Below the pieces are notes generated by a model that saw only the letters and a list, made by a program, of their open reading frames with translations, was not told the DNA's origin and made no database searches. Source: Tubiluchus corallicola (taxonomy: Eukaryota; Animalia; Priapulida). From it: a stretch of DNA of 64,000 nucleotides. Location of the stretch: assembly GCA_030141605.1 (NCBI GenBank), contig JAQGDQ010000040.1:434001-498000 (forward strand), written 5' to 3'. This document shows positions 25,944 through 40,900 of the stretch, one piece after another. The number at the start of each line of letters is the position of its first letter. Within the stretch, counting starts at the first letter, position 1. A program made the position numbers and the translations under genes.

Positions 25944-28900
25944 ATGATGACACTGGCGCGTCACTATCAAGTTATTGGCAAGTTGACAAGCGGAGGAAGA
26001 CTTTTTTTGAAAAATGTAATTTTTACTTTCTAATATTTTAATGACGCTCACAAAGCATCACTAAAATTATTTTTGCTTATTATTGATTGGATATAGTTCC
26101 AGCTTACTTTGCTATCAATTGTGAGTTAGTTACCTATAGCCTAGGCTATACTACTAGGCTAGCTATACTTACTATAAATTATAATTATAGTATGCTAGAG
26201 TAAGATTAAGTCTTAGAGGAAATGGGTTCAGTTGTTCAAGATATGGATATTAAAATTATTTACAGTAATATAGGTTAGAGAAAAGATGTGTTTTAAGGAT
26301 ATTTACTTCTGTTGGAAAACTTTATTTTCCTCTTATTCCCCTTATTGTTCATATCCCTGGCATTAATTTCATAAATTGGAAAACTTGGCACTCCCCTATT
26401 CATTGTGCCATTAGTAGCATTTAGATTAGATTAGATTTATTATATGTGTTCATGTACATACAGAACAATACAGAGTAATATACAAAATTTATAAATCATC
26501 AGCACATGAAGACACATCAAGTCAACACTATGAGAAAACTTGTGCAGTGTTAACTTAATGAACCTTCATAGTCACCTAGCCTTCGGCACGTGGTGGACAG
26601 CTCCTCCCCTGGACATGTTCAGTAATTGCTCACTGTGTAATGGTATTAATATAATATTCACTAGTCTATCTAAAAAAGCAGCTGATGTTGCGTAACAGTT
26701 ACTGTCAACAATGCCACACTAGTACATAACCATTATTGTAATAATTAAGTGTTTATTTTCGTACATTTTGGTGTGAGGGTGTGGTAAAAGTGAAGAATAT
26801 TTTTGTGTATGATTCATGCATCATTTGAATTGTAAGCATTAGTAGCTAATAATCAAAAAATCAATAATTGAAAGGCCTTAGTCATGAATCGTGAAACATT
26901 TTAACCTAATTTCTGAATTCTATTTATTATACTTACAAATAGGTATGAGCAATCCCCGAATCACTAAATGTATTTTTACAGGGTGTTATTTCTTGCTTGG
27001 TACAACGGCACTCCTGGATTTCTTCTGATTCAAAGGTATTCTTAAATTACTCATACAACATTGTATATTTAAAAAATTTAATGTACACAGATACGTACAA
27101 TATACTGCTAAAGTACATTGACAGTGAACTGAATTATACTGAGATATTATACACAATAATAAATAGCATTTGTTTTACATATAATAGCTGTGCTGTCTTG
27201 TTTTGCACAGTCTAGTTTTAAAGTAGAAGACATTCGCAATATTGGAATTTCCGCACATATTGATTCCGGAAAAACTACCCTGACTGAACGGATATTATTT
27301 TACACAGGCAGGATTGCTGAAATGCACGAGGTATGATTAATACACCATTTTTCTCATGATCTTTTTTATCCTTATAAATCGCTTTACATTTTCACTTTTT
27401 TACATTTAGCCATGCGCTTAAAAGAGACTACTGCAATTACTGATTCAAAAGATGTGCTTTGCCGCTGTCGGTTCAATAAAAATTATGGCTGTGGAATCTT
27501 TATATAACGCTCGGACACAGAAGAAAGTAAGCCCTCCTTAAAAATGCCATAGAGCAAAGAAAATCAAAGAAAGTACAAGACACATTTTAGCACTTACTAA
27601 CCTATTTTGCTGAGAAAGTCCAAGAAGTAAGAACTTTATGCTTGATATTGTCATTAAGCCCATAAAAATGGAAAAAAGTAGATATCAGTATGGTTGTATT
27701 GTCTTTTTGGACATGTTAATTCATGTACTCTTTTATTTTATTATTTTCACATTTCCAAATTTTTTTCTCTCATGTGTCTCAGTTTTTATTTTAAAAAAGT
27801 GCGTACTTTTTGCATATGTCCACCCTGTTTAAATAGCACATCACTAAAATATTGTTGATTTGTATTTTGGAAGGGGTACCAAAGTTATTAGTTTCTTTAG
27901 CGCATTCTTTGATTTTTTTCCAACAGTACGAACTGCTTGATTTGTAAATCTTCCAACTATTATCATTTGAAATAAATTATTGCCGGTTTTTGTGATTGTA
28001 ATTTTATTTCCATCCAATCTTAAAGTATCAATTTTTTTAAATGTTTCATGTATAAAGGCCAGTTGTTTTTTTGGTAACAGGTTAGAGGTAAAGACGAAGT
28101 TGGGGCTAAAATGGATTCAATGGAGCTAGAAAGGCAGAGAGGTATTACAATCCAGTCAGCAGCAACATATACAACTTGGAAAGGAACTAACATAAACATC
28201 ATTGACACACCAGGTATAACTTGAATAATATGTTGAATAATATGTTGAATAATATTATGTAAAGCTCTGGAAGATTCTTCACCCTTTCACTACATAATTG
28301 CTTTTTAGCAGGGCCACATTGACTTTTGCACATTTGACAATATCTTCTTGTTGTGTGTTACTAAAACAGAATCTTGTAAATTAACAAATAGTCACTTGTT
28401 ATTAAACACTAACATTGAATATTAGCTTTATTTGTACACATGCACACACATACGGGTACGCACGCACATGCATACCCATACAAATATGCACGAAACCAAT
28501 TTTTGCAGAAGTCTTAATACTAATCCATAATATGCAATAATTTTATGAGAAATACAGAACAAGCGACTAAACATACATTTCGCTAATCATTAGCAAGTGA
28601 TTTTGTGTAAGAACAGTACCTTATAGGACTATATTTTTGAATCCACCCAACTTCAGTTGCTGATTTGCTGGTTAGCTTTAGTTGTTGAGAAGCTACCCCA
28701 ACCCCATGGCTGTTAAACTTTTCTACAATGTTTCTGAATTTCCATAGCAGCAAAATAAATAGACCCGGGTGACTGCGCTAAGTGCTGAGCTCAGGCAGTA
28801 GTCTACTGTCTTCCGTCCCTTACACGAAAAAACACTGCCGCCTTCCATAGTGAAAGGGCTAAGCAGACAGTATAACAATTGTGTACTGGAAATCTTTGTA

Positions 28901-31900
28901 CATACCTTCTTAGTAGCAATATTTTTTGTAGTAAAACACTCCAGCATGCAAAATTTTTACTGTTTGCAGTGAATATTACATTAAATCTTTGACAGCTTAG
29001 TACTATTTTCCTTAAATCATTGGCAGGCATTGTTTTTTGTTCAAATGAAGTGTTTTGATAAGCTCATGTATTTTTACCATTTTTGTATTTTTAGGACATG
29101 TGGATTTCACTGTAGAAGTGGAGAGAGCATTGCGAGTTCTAGATGGTGCTGTCCTAGTTCTATGTGCCGTAGGTGGTGTCCAAAGTCAGTCTTTCACAGT
29201 TGACAGGCAGATGAAACGCTATGGTGTTCCTTGTCTTGCTTTCATTAATAAGTTGGACAGGCTGGGAGCAAATCCGTATCGTGTACTCAGTCATTTGCGG
29301 TATGAGAAATGCCAAACATTTAATATTTTGCTCACAAAGTGATTACCAAAGGTTGGTAATTTAATCACAAAGTTAATCCCAAAATTACATCAAAGTTTTC
29401 TACTTGTCGAAGTCAATTTTTACCCTTCTATTGATATAAATTACGGAATGTAAATTGAATCACTACTTTTAAAGTACTGCAAAATAAAATTTTGTGAAAT
29501 AGTGAAACCACAAGTCTGTTGCCAAAGTAGTATGTTTAATGTAGATTTATAAGCATTTCTGCCTCTCGAAAGAGTTTTGATGTCGAATTAATAATCACTT
29601 GCTGGTTTTCATAGCCATGAACAGATGCATGGGAAATGTTTATATAGCTGTCACTCCTAGTGTGATGTTCAGTACCTATCCTACCAGCAGAAATTGGCAC
29701 TAAAATGAAAATTTTTATTTCTTATTTAATTATTGGTATTTATTTGTTTTTTAATTAGATCAAAGTTGATGCACAATGCGGCATTTATTCAAATTCCAAT
29801 AGGACTAGAAGGCAACTGTCAGGGTTTAGTTGATTTAATCACACAGAAAGCTGTTTATTTCGATGAACCTCAAGGGTAAGTTTATAAAATTTATAAAAGC
29901 ATACATGAAGTGAAGTCAAAAGCAAACCGGCTTTGTGTTTTTACCAACTTTTAATACATGTATTTATAGAAAGCAAAACAAAACTGTTTTGTGTTTTTTA
30001 GTATGGTGGTCAGAGAAGATGAAATTCCAAAAGACATGAGGACTGAAGCCATTGACAAAAAGCAGGAACTTATAGGTGGGTGACTTTTTTACAATCAAAG
30101 GAAACAAAATGTATTTTAGTGTTGTCCCACTGTAAAATTTGCTACTGCTATTTGATTTTGAGCCATGATAAACTTTCCTTTAGTGTTGTAATTTACAGTG
30201 CAATCTGTAGTTCACCAAGCTTCACTTACCCTGAAATATTGTTTTGCCAAATTTTCTGTATTTTCCTTTGATCTGATTTAGCGACAGTGTCGCTCTATTT
30301 AAACCTACATGCTAAGATACACCTACACTTTTCTTTCTAGAAAGAGCTTAATATTTACTTGTTTGTATCACTGGTAATATTGGTGACCTGTTTGAGTTCC
30401 ATATGTGTAAGTCTGCTGTTTTGCTTTATAGAACATGTATCAAATGTCGATGATCAACTTGGGGAATTGTTTTTAGAAGAGAAGACACCGACCGTAGAGG
30501 AGTTGCAGGTACAAACTATACAAATACGAGATATTGGTGCTGTTTTTGTCTTTATGTTTTCTTTTAATGTTATTCATAAATTTCAGGAAAACTTTCACCT
30601 GTGTGTCAAAAATTAGACAAAACAACATGTTGCGAACTATTTTCATATTACAATGTTGCCTTCATTTTTTGAAATTTCTATTTTTATAAACAAATAAGTT
30701 TTTTATGACATTGGGGTAATGTGTATTGTAAATAATAGCATTACTGCATTCTGAAATGTAAAACGTTTAAGCTTATAGTTTAAGTTTGTTTCATTATCTT
30801 GAAGCTTGACACATTTATTCTGCCAATTATTCTTCTCCTTTTTCAAAGTCAAATGTGAGAAGGTTTGCATGTGGAAACGGAAATTTGAGTTTAATTTGAA
30901 ATGGGGAGACAGTGATAATGATCAACAGCCAAATGAAACTGACGCAGACTATTTCAAACTTACTAGTATTTTTCTTTTGCTCTGCAGGCATATTTCTTTT
31001 CGACTTTCTGAGGATGTAATTCATTTAGACAAAAACATTTTTACGAAAGAATTGTAGCAAAAGCAAATGGACCAACTTACATTTTTATTCCAGGCTGCTA
31101 TTCGAAGGAGCGTAATACAGCGCAAATTCACGCCTGTACTGGTAGGTTCTGCTCTGAAGAACAAAGGAGTACAACCATTGCTTGATGCTGCTGTTAATTA
31201 CTTACCAAATCCATCAGAAATTCAGAACTTTGCTCTGCGTGAAACACAAGAGTAAGTGAAGTATTTGGCATATATGTTAGGTATAAATAGCATCTATCTA
31301 CAGTGGCCTTGTGAAAGACCTGCTTAGAATGGTGTATTTATGCCATTTTTGTATGTGATTAATCGATGCATTTGACAAGTGCGACAATTATAAATGCATC
31401 AATCACTAACTTTATTTGTAAAATTACATACTATAGTTGAGTGTACTTACTAGAGAATGTGCATGCACATCTAATTCATGTGTAATTCAAACAAGGAGAA
31501 AGATCTCTGATTTTGCTTCTGTATATTTTTTATAAATACTGCACTCATGAATGAAATAAACATTTATATACTAGAACAGAAATTCCCATATAGACCATAT
31601 TTATATTGTCTTTTAAATAATTTCAATTGTTAAAATAATTTCTTTAGCATATACAGCCAGCCAGCACACATTTATAAGAAAGCAATTTGAACTGAATTTG
31701 GCATCAACAATTTCGATCTAAGTTTGTGCATAGTATAATTTTAGCTACGTATTATTGAAGAACACGTAATGTCAAAATACTGATGAAATAATGAAATAAA
31801 CAAAAAATACACCAGGTTTTACTGCAACAAGCATAGTGTATTTACTTATTTACATGGTATAAGCTAGCCCAATCTTTAGTGAAATGTGCGGGCTTCAAAA

Positions 31901-34900
31901 CAAGTGTTTGTAATTGTCTGTAGCTTATGTTTGCTAAATCATTAAGTGATTAAGATGTTTATCAGCTGCAGGCTATCCGCACATTAAGTCACTTTGTAGA
32001 AAACAAAGGTGTAGAGTGTAGACGATAACATGATTATCACACTATACAGACGCAGAGCTTTAATACATGTCAGGATTCTCTGAAAGTCAAGTTTTTTTGT
32101 AATGATTTATAATTTTTCTAGGGGTCAGTCTGAGAAGTTACACATGAATCCAATACGTAATGATAAAAATCCATGTATTGCCTTAGCATTCAAACTAGAG
32201 GTGAGCTGTACGAAGATATCAAAAAATATGTAATATATGTATCGGTAGTGTTTTTAGCTTTTATGTGTCCGAAAAGTGCATTACTTTGCAATTGTTCATT
32301 TGATTTTTTTTAACTTGACAATAGTCTCAACTGTCCCTGTGATTGACTACCAGGACCACCACAGCCTTTCTAAATAAAAAGTAGTACAAGCTTCTTTTCT
32401 TCCTATTAAACGCATTTTGCTTGTGACTAATTGTTTAAAAAGTGCAGCTAAATACTTTTCCTTGTAAGATCATGCCAGAATGTGTCATTATTTATTCAAA
32501 GACACGTAGTTGCTAGATATTTTTTGTTTATTTAATTTTTTATCACATATTTTCTTTACACAATTGCATTAAATTTCTAAAAGAAAATCAACGTTTGTAG
32601 GCTGCTATACTACATTATTTTTCTTTGTCGTCTTATGGCCTCTGGATAATCTTCAGCAATACTTGTTCTGTACTGAGAAATATATTAGAAAAATTGGCTT
32701 GGGTAGAGTCTTAAACCAATAATAATTTCCATCCTGCTGGTGCCAGATTTCAAATGATAGGCAATATTGCTATAACCTGTTGAAGTACTATAATGAGTCT
32801 GTAAAGTTACTATTTGGAAGTTGCTTTTCAGTCAGCATAATTTTGTATAAACTTGTATTGTAATTGTATAAAATTATATTTATTTTTAGCAAGTTTATAT
32901 TTTACTCAGTGAGTACCTAGTTTTTATTATAGATGCATTCCTGTTTGAATATTAATGCAAAGAGTTCTATATTTATTATAGATGATTATTTATTATATGT
33001 AGAAAAAAGTATTAAACTATTTCTTTTGCTAGGCTGGCAGATTTGGTCAACTTACATATCTTCGTGTTTATCAAGGGCAAATGAAGAAAGGTGATACTAT
33101 TTGGAACACCCGTACTGGAAAAAGAATGAAGGTTTCCCGTCTTGCCCGAATGCATTCTGATGAAATGGAGGTAAAGCTGTTTTATACTTCTGATTAGATC
33201 AGGATATTGCAATTATCAGAACAACGGGAGCAACAAGCTATAATAGGGATGTTAAATGATAGAAATTTGATGATAAGGTAATGATACAATGTGACAGGAT
33301 AAATTATTTTAAGTGATAAAAACATATATTTCTGTAATATTATTTTGTGTATGCGAGGTGTACATAACTGAGCTAATGCATCTAAATACAGCATTTGGCA
33401 ATTGCACATCACTGAGGACAATTGCTGTTGATAGGAGAAAGTATGTGAAAATGATGTGAACAAGCTTACAAATCACTGGCATAGTTAGGAGGGCAGAGGG
33501 GTCGGTTTGCTTTGGGTGGTACATTTCAGAGTGTGGCACTTTGATCAAATGTACTGAAAAAATTGAACTGTTTCTTCTGTCAGAACAGTAGAAAGGCAAA
33601 ATAATTTGACGCAATTTAATTTTCCACGTAAACAACACAGCATCTTTTGTCTAAAGTTTGCGACAAAGGAAGATGATAATCAGTAACTTAATATCTTTGT
33701 AATGTTTACTTGGTTTTCTTTGCTTTCAAAACTGCTGCACAGCTCACATTTCAAGTTTAACATAAAAGTGCATTTTTATAATCACAATCTTACCTCTGTT
33801 ATAAGTTTGAAGAGACAATTTCCTTTTTCACAAACAAATTTTTTCAATAGTTCTTTATTATTTTATGAATGTATCTCCACAACTCATCGCAACACTGCAA
33901 AATTTTACAAATCTAAATCTTTCTAAACGAGGATATTGTTATGTTGCATTATTTGTCTGGGAGAGAGGGCCAGCAAACTCAAGTGCAGTTCCAGGTGCCT
34001 CATGCACTAACTACTTTAAGGATATAAATAACTCTAACTTTATTTTTTGTGTAATTAATCCTATGCATAAATAGAAAATTAAGGTGAAGTAATTTGTAAA
34101 CCCTAGCAATAGGCAGTGATACAATATCTACCAAATTTGTTGCAATAATGATATTTCCTAGACTAAACTGTGACAGTGCACTTATAATTCTTGATTGTTT
34201 TTGTCAGGATTTATTTAATTAGGCTTAAAAGTGCACGTCACAAAAGAAATTGATTTTTATTAGCCATCAAATTAAAGATAACGTGTATTGTCGTTACTGT
34301 TGTGGTGTAATATTTAGGAAAAATTACAGAACGACAGTCTCAATTAATCTAAATAAGCTAGGCATTAAATTCAATTGCTTTATTTAATTACAAATATATA
34401 ATGAATGAAAAACTGTGCACAGATCATTAAAACAAAACTGTATAAGTGTGTACGAAGCTACAAGCATACCTGTACCGGGTTTACCATGTCAGAGCTCCAG
34501 TCCTAGCATTAACTGCGTCACCATTCCATTTCCATTCCGTTACCATGGTTTCATCACTCCATATTGCAAACGTAACTACTTCATTCCATTCCATGTCTTA
34601 TCGATCCATACCATACCATCCGTAGTTCGACACCTCCAGGTTCCGACAGCTGCTGGCAGCTCAGCTCACGGACCACCACCTCTTTGCCTCACTGCTGCTA
34701 CAGTAGCTACACGTCAGTCTAGCTTGCCTGACTCCATCCACCAACTTGCTGAGAGTCTCACCAATACAAGTCTAGATTAGGTTCTGTATTCCATAGACCA
34801 TGTTAACAAGCTGTTTCTACTCCTCTTATATCATTAGAGAAGTTCCACAATAGTATAAGTCAAAACACCTCAATTAAGCTCGTTAAAGAGATGTTCAAAC

Positions 34901-37900
34901 TGAGCCGTGTAGACAGAGTTTTGACGTGCCTGCCACACGTTACGACATGCTGAAAAACTAAATATCGACTGTCTAGCTAGATCGAGAAATTCTCTTCTCC
35001 ACGACCTGTAGGAATCACCTGTGTTTATGCATTTTTAAAATAACCAATGAGAGGCAAGTATGCGTTAAACATAACTAGGATGCCTGTACCAATTTCATAA
35101 TTGTGGACGTATGCAAAACTAAACTGCTTCATCTCTTAAAGAAGTATTTTAAGTTCAAATAATCTGAAGACTATAATGGGCCACATATAGAAATTAATCT
35201 AATTGTTAAGAATAAAAATTATTAGGTGAAGCAGTATTTATATGGCTTGTGTAGGCATTCAAAATAAAAGATCAGGCTTGGACAGTAGTACGTCCGATAG
35301 GGCACAAAAATAGGGCGCTATCGCAATAACAATAAAAACAAATTTGCATTGCTACGATAATTGATACATACCTTAGCTATGACAGTGCATTAGTGTCATT
35401 GGCGAGTACTCTAATTGTCATTGTAATCTTATTTTTTCATAAAATTCTGTAAGTGGAATATATTCGTGTAGGATGTGACTGAACTCTTGGCTGGGGATAT
35501 TGGTGCACTGTTTGGGGTAGACTGTGCTAGTGGTGATACCTTTGTAAATCACTCTGGTCTAAACCTCTCTATGGTAAGTACAAAAAAGATAAAGTACTTT
35601 AATTACTCTTGTTAGTAAATATTTGGCATTTTCATACCTTGCTGATTTTATTTTTGTGGTTAAAAGGTTTGCCATATTCTTGTTTCACTAATTTAAACTT
35701 ATGGTCACATTTCATTATCTATAATAATTACCAAAATGTTTTTGTTAGATAATATATGATTAATGGACACAGAATAGAGCTAGTGATGGTGTTACAAATG
35801 GGGAAAATTTTCAGTGACAGAAATTTTCCTTGAGATTTTTGCACACGTTTGGAAAAGTAAAAATTTAAATGCGGTCCTGCAGTTTGTCATTGGAACAAAC
35901 AATTGCAGCTAATTTTAAGTAAAGACTTTCAAATTTTGTGTGTCACTGGACTAACACAAGATTGAATTCTGAGTCTAGCCTCACATTGTTAATGGAATGG
36001 TTTCTGCTAAATAAAAGTATCTACTTTATGTGCAACGTGTTTCTGTAGCAATAGTTTTTTTGATGTAAGCTGTTCTTTAAAAAAATGTAAAAAATAAAAA
36101 AAAAACATTATATAACACCTTAGAATATTTTGAGCTGTAGTTCAAAATTGACTGTTGTTGGTTTTGCTTTAAATAAAATAATAGGTGGACAAAATTTATT
36201 ATTTGGCAAAACATTAAAAAATCATATGGCTGATGTAAGAGGCTTTGTATGATGTAAGATGTATCTTTGAAAAAAATCTTAAAAGCATTACTTCTTTCTT
36301 AAATGCATCAACTGCTGACAATGAACATATTTGTCTAACAATTTACCGCATGGACATATGCTAACATGACGGCATGGTATTGCTTGATGTTAAGTTATTT
36401 ACATTGTCTAAACATTGTTGTTCATGTGGCTTCGGCTTTGTGGCTTCAGACATGTGACTTGTAGGCAACGAGAAAAAAATTTATATTGACATTACCGTAA
36501 GCTTGATGTGTTTTTCATTGTTTAGGCCCACTCCTATAATTAGTGATTTAGTGCAACTTTTCAGATATCATTTTCAGGAATCTATACATGTTCCCGAACC
36601 TGTCATCTCCATGTCGATAAAGCCAGCTCTCAACAAAGACATGGATCACTTCTCTAAAGCAATAAATAGATTCACAAGAGAAGATCCAACGTTTCGTGTT
36701 CATTATGATACTGACAATAAGGAGACAATCGCTTCGGGTATGGGTGAGCTACACCTGGAGATTTACTCACAGGTAGGTTGATTAAGGCAGGTAGGTAGGT
36801 TTTTAAAAAAGGATCATATTTTTCTCACACCCTTACCTAGGTATCAGTTTATTCGTGATGACTCTACAACCAATGCAGGTGGTGTGGGATTGTATATCAG
36901 AAACTCAATAATTTTTTCGGAAATGCCTAAGTACAAAATACACAACTCAGACTGTAAAAATGGGTCCACAAACCGTATGCAACTGGAGAATATGTGGATC
37001 GAAATAGAAACTCCACCCAACATCAAAAACATTTTATGTGGAGTCATCTATAGACACCCAAATACTAACATTGAAGAATTTCATGAAAAACTAGAAAGCA
37101 AATTATCTTTAATTAACAGAACTAACAAATTTTGCTATATATGCGGTGACATAAACATTAATTTACTACATAGTGACAGCAAAACCTCAGTGACAAATTA
37201 TACAAACATGTTATTCTCTAATAATTTTGTGCCAATTTTAACTAAACCAACAAGAATAACTCATCACACTAATACACTCATTGATCATATTTACACAAAT
37301 GACCCCACCAACCACGTAACACCTGGAATTTTGCTTTATCAAGTAGCAGATCATCTTCCTATATTTGCAATTATAAAGCATACTAAACTGAAAATGAAAT
37401 CCAACAAAATCACCGCCAGAAATTTTAAAAATTCAACTGAACAAATTTTTTTAAATAACCTGCAGCTAGAATTAGCCAAAATAAATTTTAATGACTTGGA
37501 AACTAATGAGGGATTTAGCAAATTTAATGAAATACTCTTCAATGTGTTCAATAATCATTTTCCTTTGCAAACTTTGTCTAGTAAAGACACTATTACATTT
37601 CAAAATCCATGGATACCTAAGGGAATTTTAAACAGTATTAAAACCAGATCACGTCTTTACAAATCACACAAACTCTCAAATAATTTATACAAACAAATCT
37701 ACTACAAATCCTACTCTAATAAATTTAATCATGTCAAAGAATCATCAAAAAAGCAATATTACACTGAAACACTGCAAAAACATAAGAATAACATGAAAAA
37801 AACTTGGAAAACAATAAACAGTATTATAAAAACTGATTCAAAAACACGACAAACACCAAGTAAGTTAACAATAAACAATGTAGACTATACAGATACATAT

Positions 37901-40900
37901 GATATTGCCAGTAAACTAAATGAGTTTTTTACGCCCTGACATGGCTGCCAAAATACCTAAACCTAAAGTTAATTTTACTGACTTTTTAAAAAATCTTAAC
38001 CCAAATTCTTTTTTCATTAATCCTTTTACTGAAAATGAAACATGCACACTTTTAAATACACTTAATTCAAACAAATCACCAGGACCAGAAAATATACCAA
38101 TACCTTTTTTTAAATCTGCAAGTCAAATTATTTCACCAATACTCACATTACTGTTCAATAAATCGGTTATTACTGGAACTTTTCCAAATATACTAAAAAT
38201 AGCGAAAGTTATTCCTTTATATAAAACTGGCTCTCCACATGAACCTGGCAATTACAGACCAATATCTCTCTTATCACCAGTATCAAAAGTTTTTGAGAGG
38301 CTAATTTACAAGAGATTATACCAGTTTGTTGTGATAAGCAATATCCTAAGTAAATACCAATTTGGTTTCAGAAAAATATTTCAACTGCCCTTGCTGTATC
38401 CGAATTAATAGACACGATCTCTCTAGACACTGACAAAAAATTACTGAATTATGGAATATTTTTAGACTTATCAAAAGCTTTTGATACCGTACAGCATAGT
38501 ATACTAATAGCCAAATTAAACCATTATGGCATCAGAGGTCTACCTTTGCAACTAATTCAGTCATATCTTACTAACAGAAAACAATTCATATCTATTAACA
38601 ATGTATCATCAGACTATAAACACATATCGTGTGGAGTGCCACAAGGCTCTAATTTAGGACCGCTTCTATTCTTAATATATATTAATGACCTTCCCACTTA
38701 CAGCAACTTTCGAACCTGAATATTTGCCGATGACACTAATTTGTTCATGTCTGACTCCAATATAAATAATCTGCAAAAATCTGTTAATGAAGAAAATAGA
38801 CCTGTGGATGAGGACAAACCAGCTATCAATTAACTACAAAAAAAAAACAAATTTATGATAATCAACAACAAGCAAATTAACAGTGCTAGTAATCCAAAAT
38901 TTCATATTATAATAAACAAACACAAAATTGAAAAAACAGACAACATCAAATACTTGGGCCTACTCATTGATAACAAATTAACATGGGAACCACATATAAA
39001 ACACATAACATACAAATTAAGTCGAATTACCGGAATAATTTTAAAAATAAGGCACTACGTTGACCAATATATTCTGAAACTTCTATATAATTCATTAATT
39101 TTCCCTTATTTACCATATTCCATCTTAACATGGGGTACGGCTTCTGCATCAATTCAAAAATTAATACAGACACAACAAAACAAAATAGTAAAATTAATAA
39201 CTTTTGCTCGCAAATATGATCATGCTATACCATCGTTCGTAAAATTACAAATTTTAAAGGTAAGAGATATTTACAATTTTGAGTTGTTCAAATTTATGTA
39301 TAAATTCAATGCTGGTTTATTACCAGAACTTTTTAGTGTATAGTTCACTAATGTTTCTGATATACATTCCTACTTCACAAGAGCTGTTTCTAATGAACAG
39401 TATTTTGTGGAGAGATTTTTTGCCCGACATGGTTTCAATAGCTTAAAATCACGAGGAGTTAAATTATGGAATTCATTGCCAAAAGATACCTTTGAAGGTA
39501 GCTTATTTTCTGCTTCCAAAAATGCACAAAATCTTACTAAATGGATATACCGGTAGTACATAACTTGTAAGACTAATGAGCAAGCTAGCAAGCTTTTTTC
39601 TTTTCTTTTTTCTCCTCATCTCCTAAGTAATTGTTGCTCTTTCTCATACATACTTTTTCTCATAAATTTTTCTATATTATACTTTTTTGTGACTTATATT
39701 TTTCTTTCCATATTCTCAGTTTTTAACTTCACTCACTAGCTTTGGTCAAATTATCCTGTTAATAAGACCCCATTTGAAACTACTACATATAATAATCCTA
39801 ATTACTGAATAATTGTATTGTTTTGTTTAGATTTTGGTATCCAACTTTTTCTTTCAGTTCTTTTTGGATAATTTGTATCATTTATACTGTTATTATTATT
39901 ATTTTTTCTTATTTGTTTTTGTTTTTGTTATCTGCAGCTTCACCGTTAATTTTTAATATACTAATCTATTTATAAGAAAGGGCAGGAGACTAGATGACCC
40001 TATGGTCCTTCCCTGCCCTGCTCCATGATTATAATTACTTAATATTTAATATATAAAAAACTTTTGATGTTAACCTAATTGGAGAAAATAAGTGTTCTAT
40101 GTCTATGTCTATGTCTTGATGTTTTAGCAGAACGTACTTATCATTCATTGACTGAAATGATAAAAGTGCCACAGAATAACTGTTTTACAAATAGAAATTA
40201 ATAATACAGCATAAGAATAATCATATACAAGGGAGCTTTTTTAAAGGAAAGACCATACCTTCCGAGAAGTTAGGCTTATTTCAATGCCCTGGAAAAATGT
40301 TAGAAGGATTTAGTAGTGAAAGTTAGATAAGTGCTCGTGTAATTAGTAAAATCACTTTAAACTCCTGATCATTTCACACCATTTTGAACACCTTTCTTCC
40401 ACCAATGATGCCATTCATCAACTAAAAAAGCAGCACACTGTCAATTTCCATTAAAAGTATAATAAGCTTTTACAAAAAATTAAACAACAACTTATTTTGT
40501 AACGTTTTTGCATGAACATTAGGTAAGCAAGTGGTTTCAATTAGTTTAAGCAGCTCCTCGGAAGTAGTTTAAGTAGCTGAAAGCCACTAGGTGCTTACGA
40601 AAAGTTATGAAGTCCACCAGTTACATGATAATTTTCAAGCAAATGGCAGCTACCGCCGCGTCTGAAAATTCCTATTCTGCGGTACTACAAATTAACTTTT
40701 TTTGTACTTTATATACAGTTTTTTTGCAAATTTCTTTGTTATATTTTCCAAGCCCTTAAAGGGATTGCTGTAAAACAAACCCTACATGCTTAATGACTTG
40801 CCCTTTCCTTTAAACATTTACTGAGCATGGATTTTAAACCCGGAACCTTTACATTACAAGTCTAAGGCCTTGATCATGCAGGGTGTAGTAATCAAGGTAG

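Noticed and set aside
25900-25946. Upstream ATG as the GFM1 start
   Set aside because: Terminates at a TGA after 15 codons; at most a short uORF overlapping the likely start at 25944.
32025-32090. Possible C/D-box snoRNA (ATGATTA...CAGA...CTGA) in GFM1 intron 9
   Set aside because: Weak terminal stem and no rRNA or snRNA complementarity that I can recognise; a snoscan/Rfam hit would be needed.
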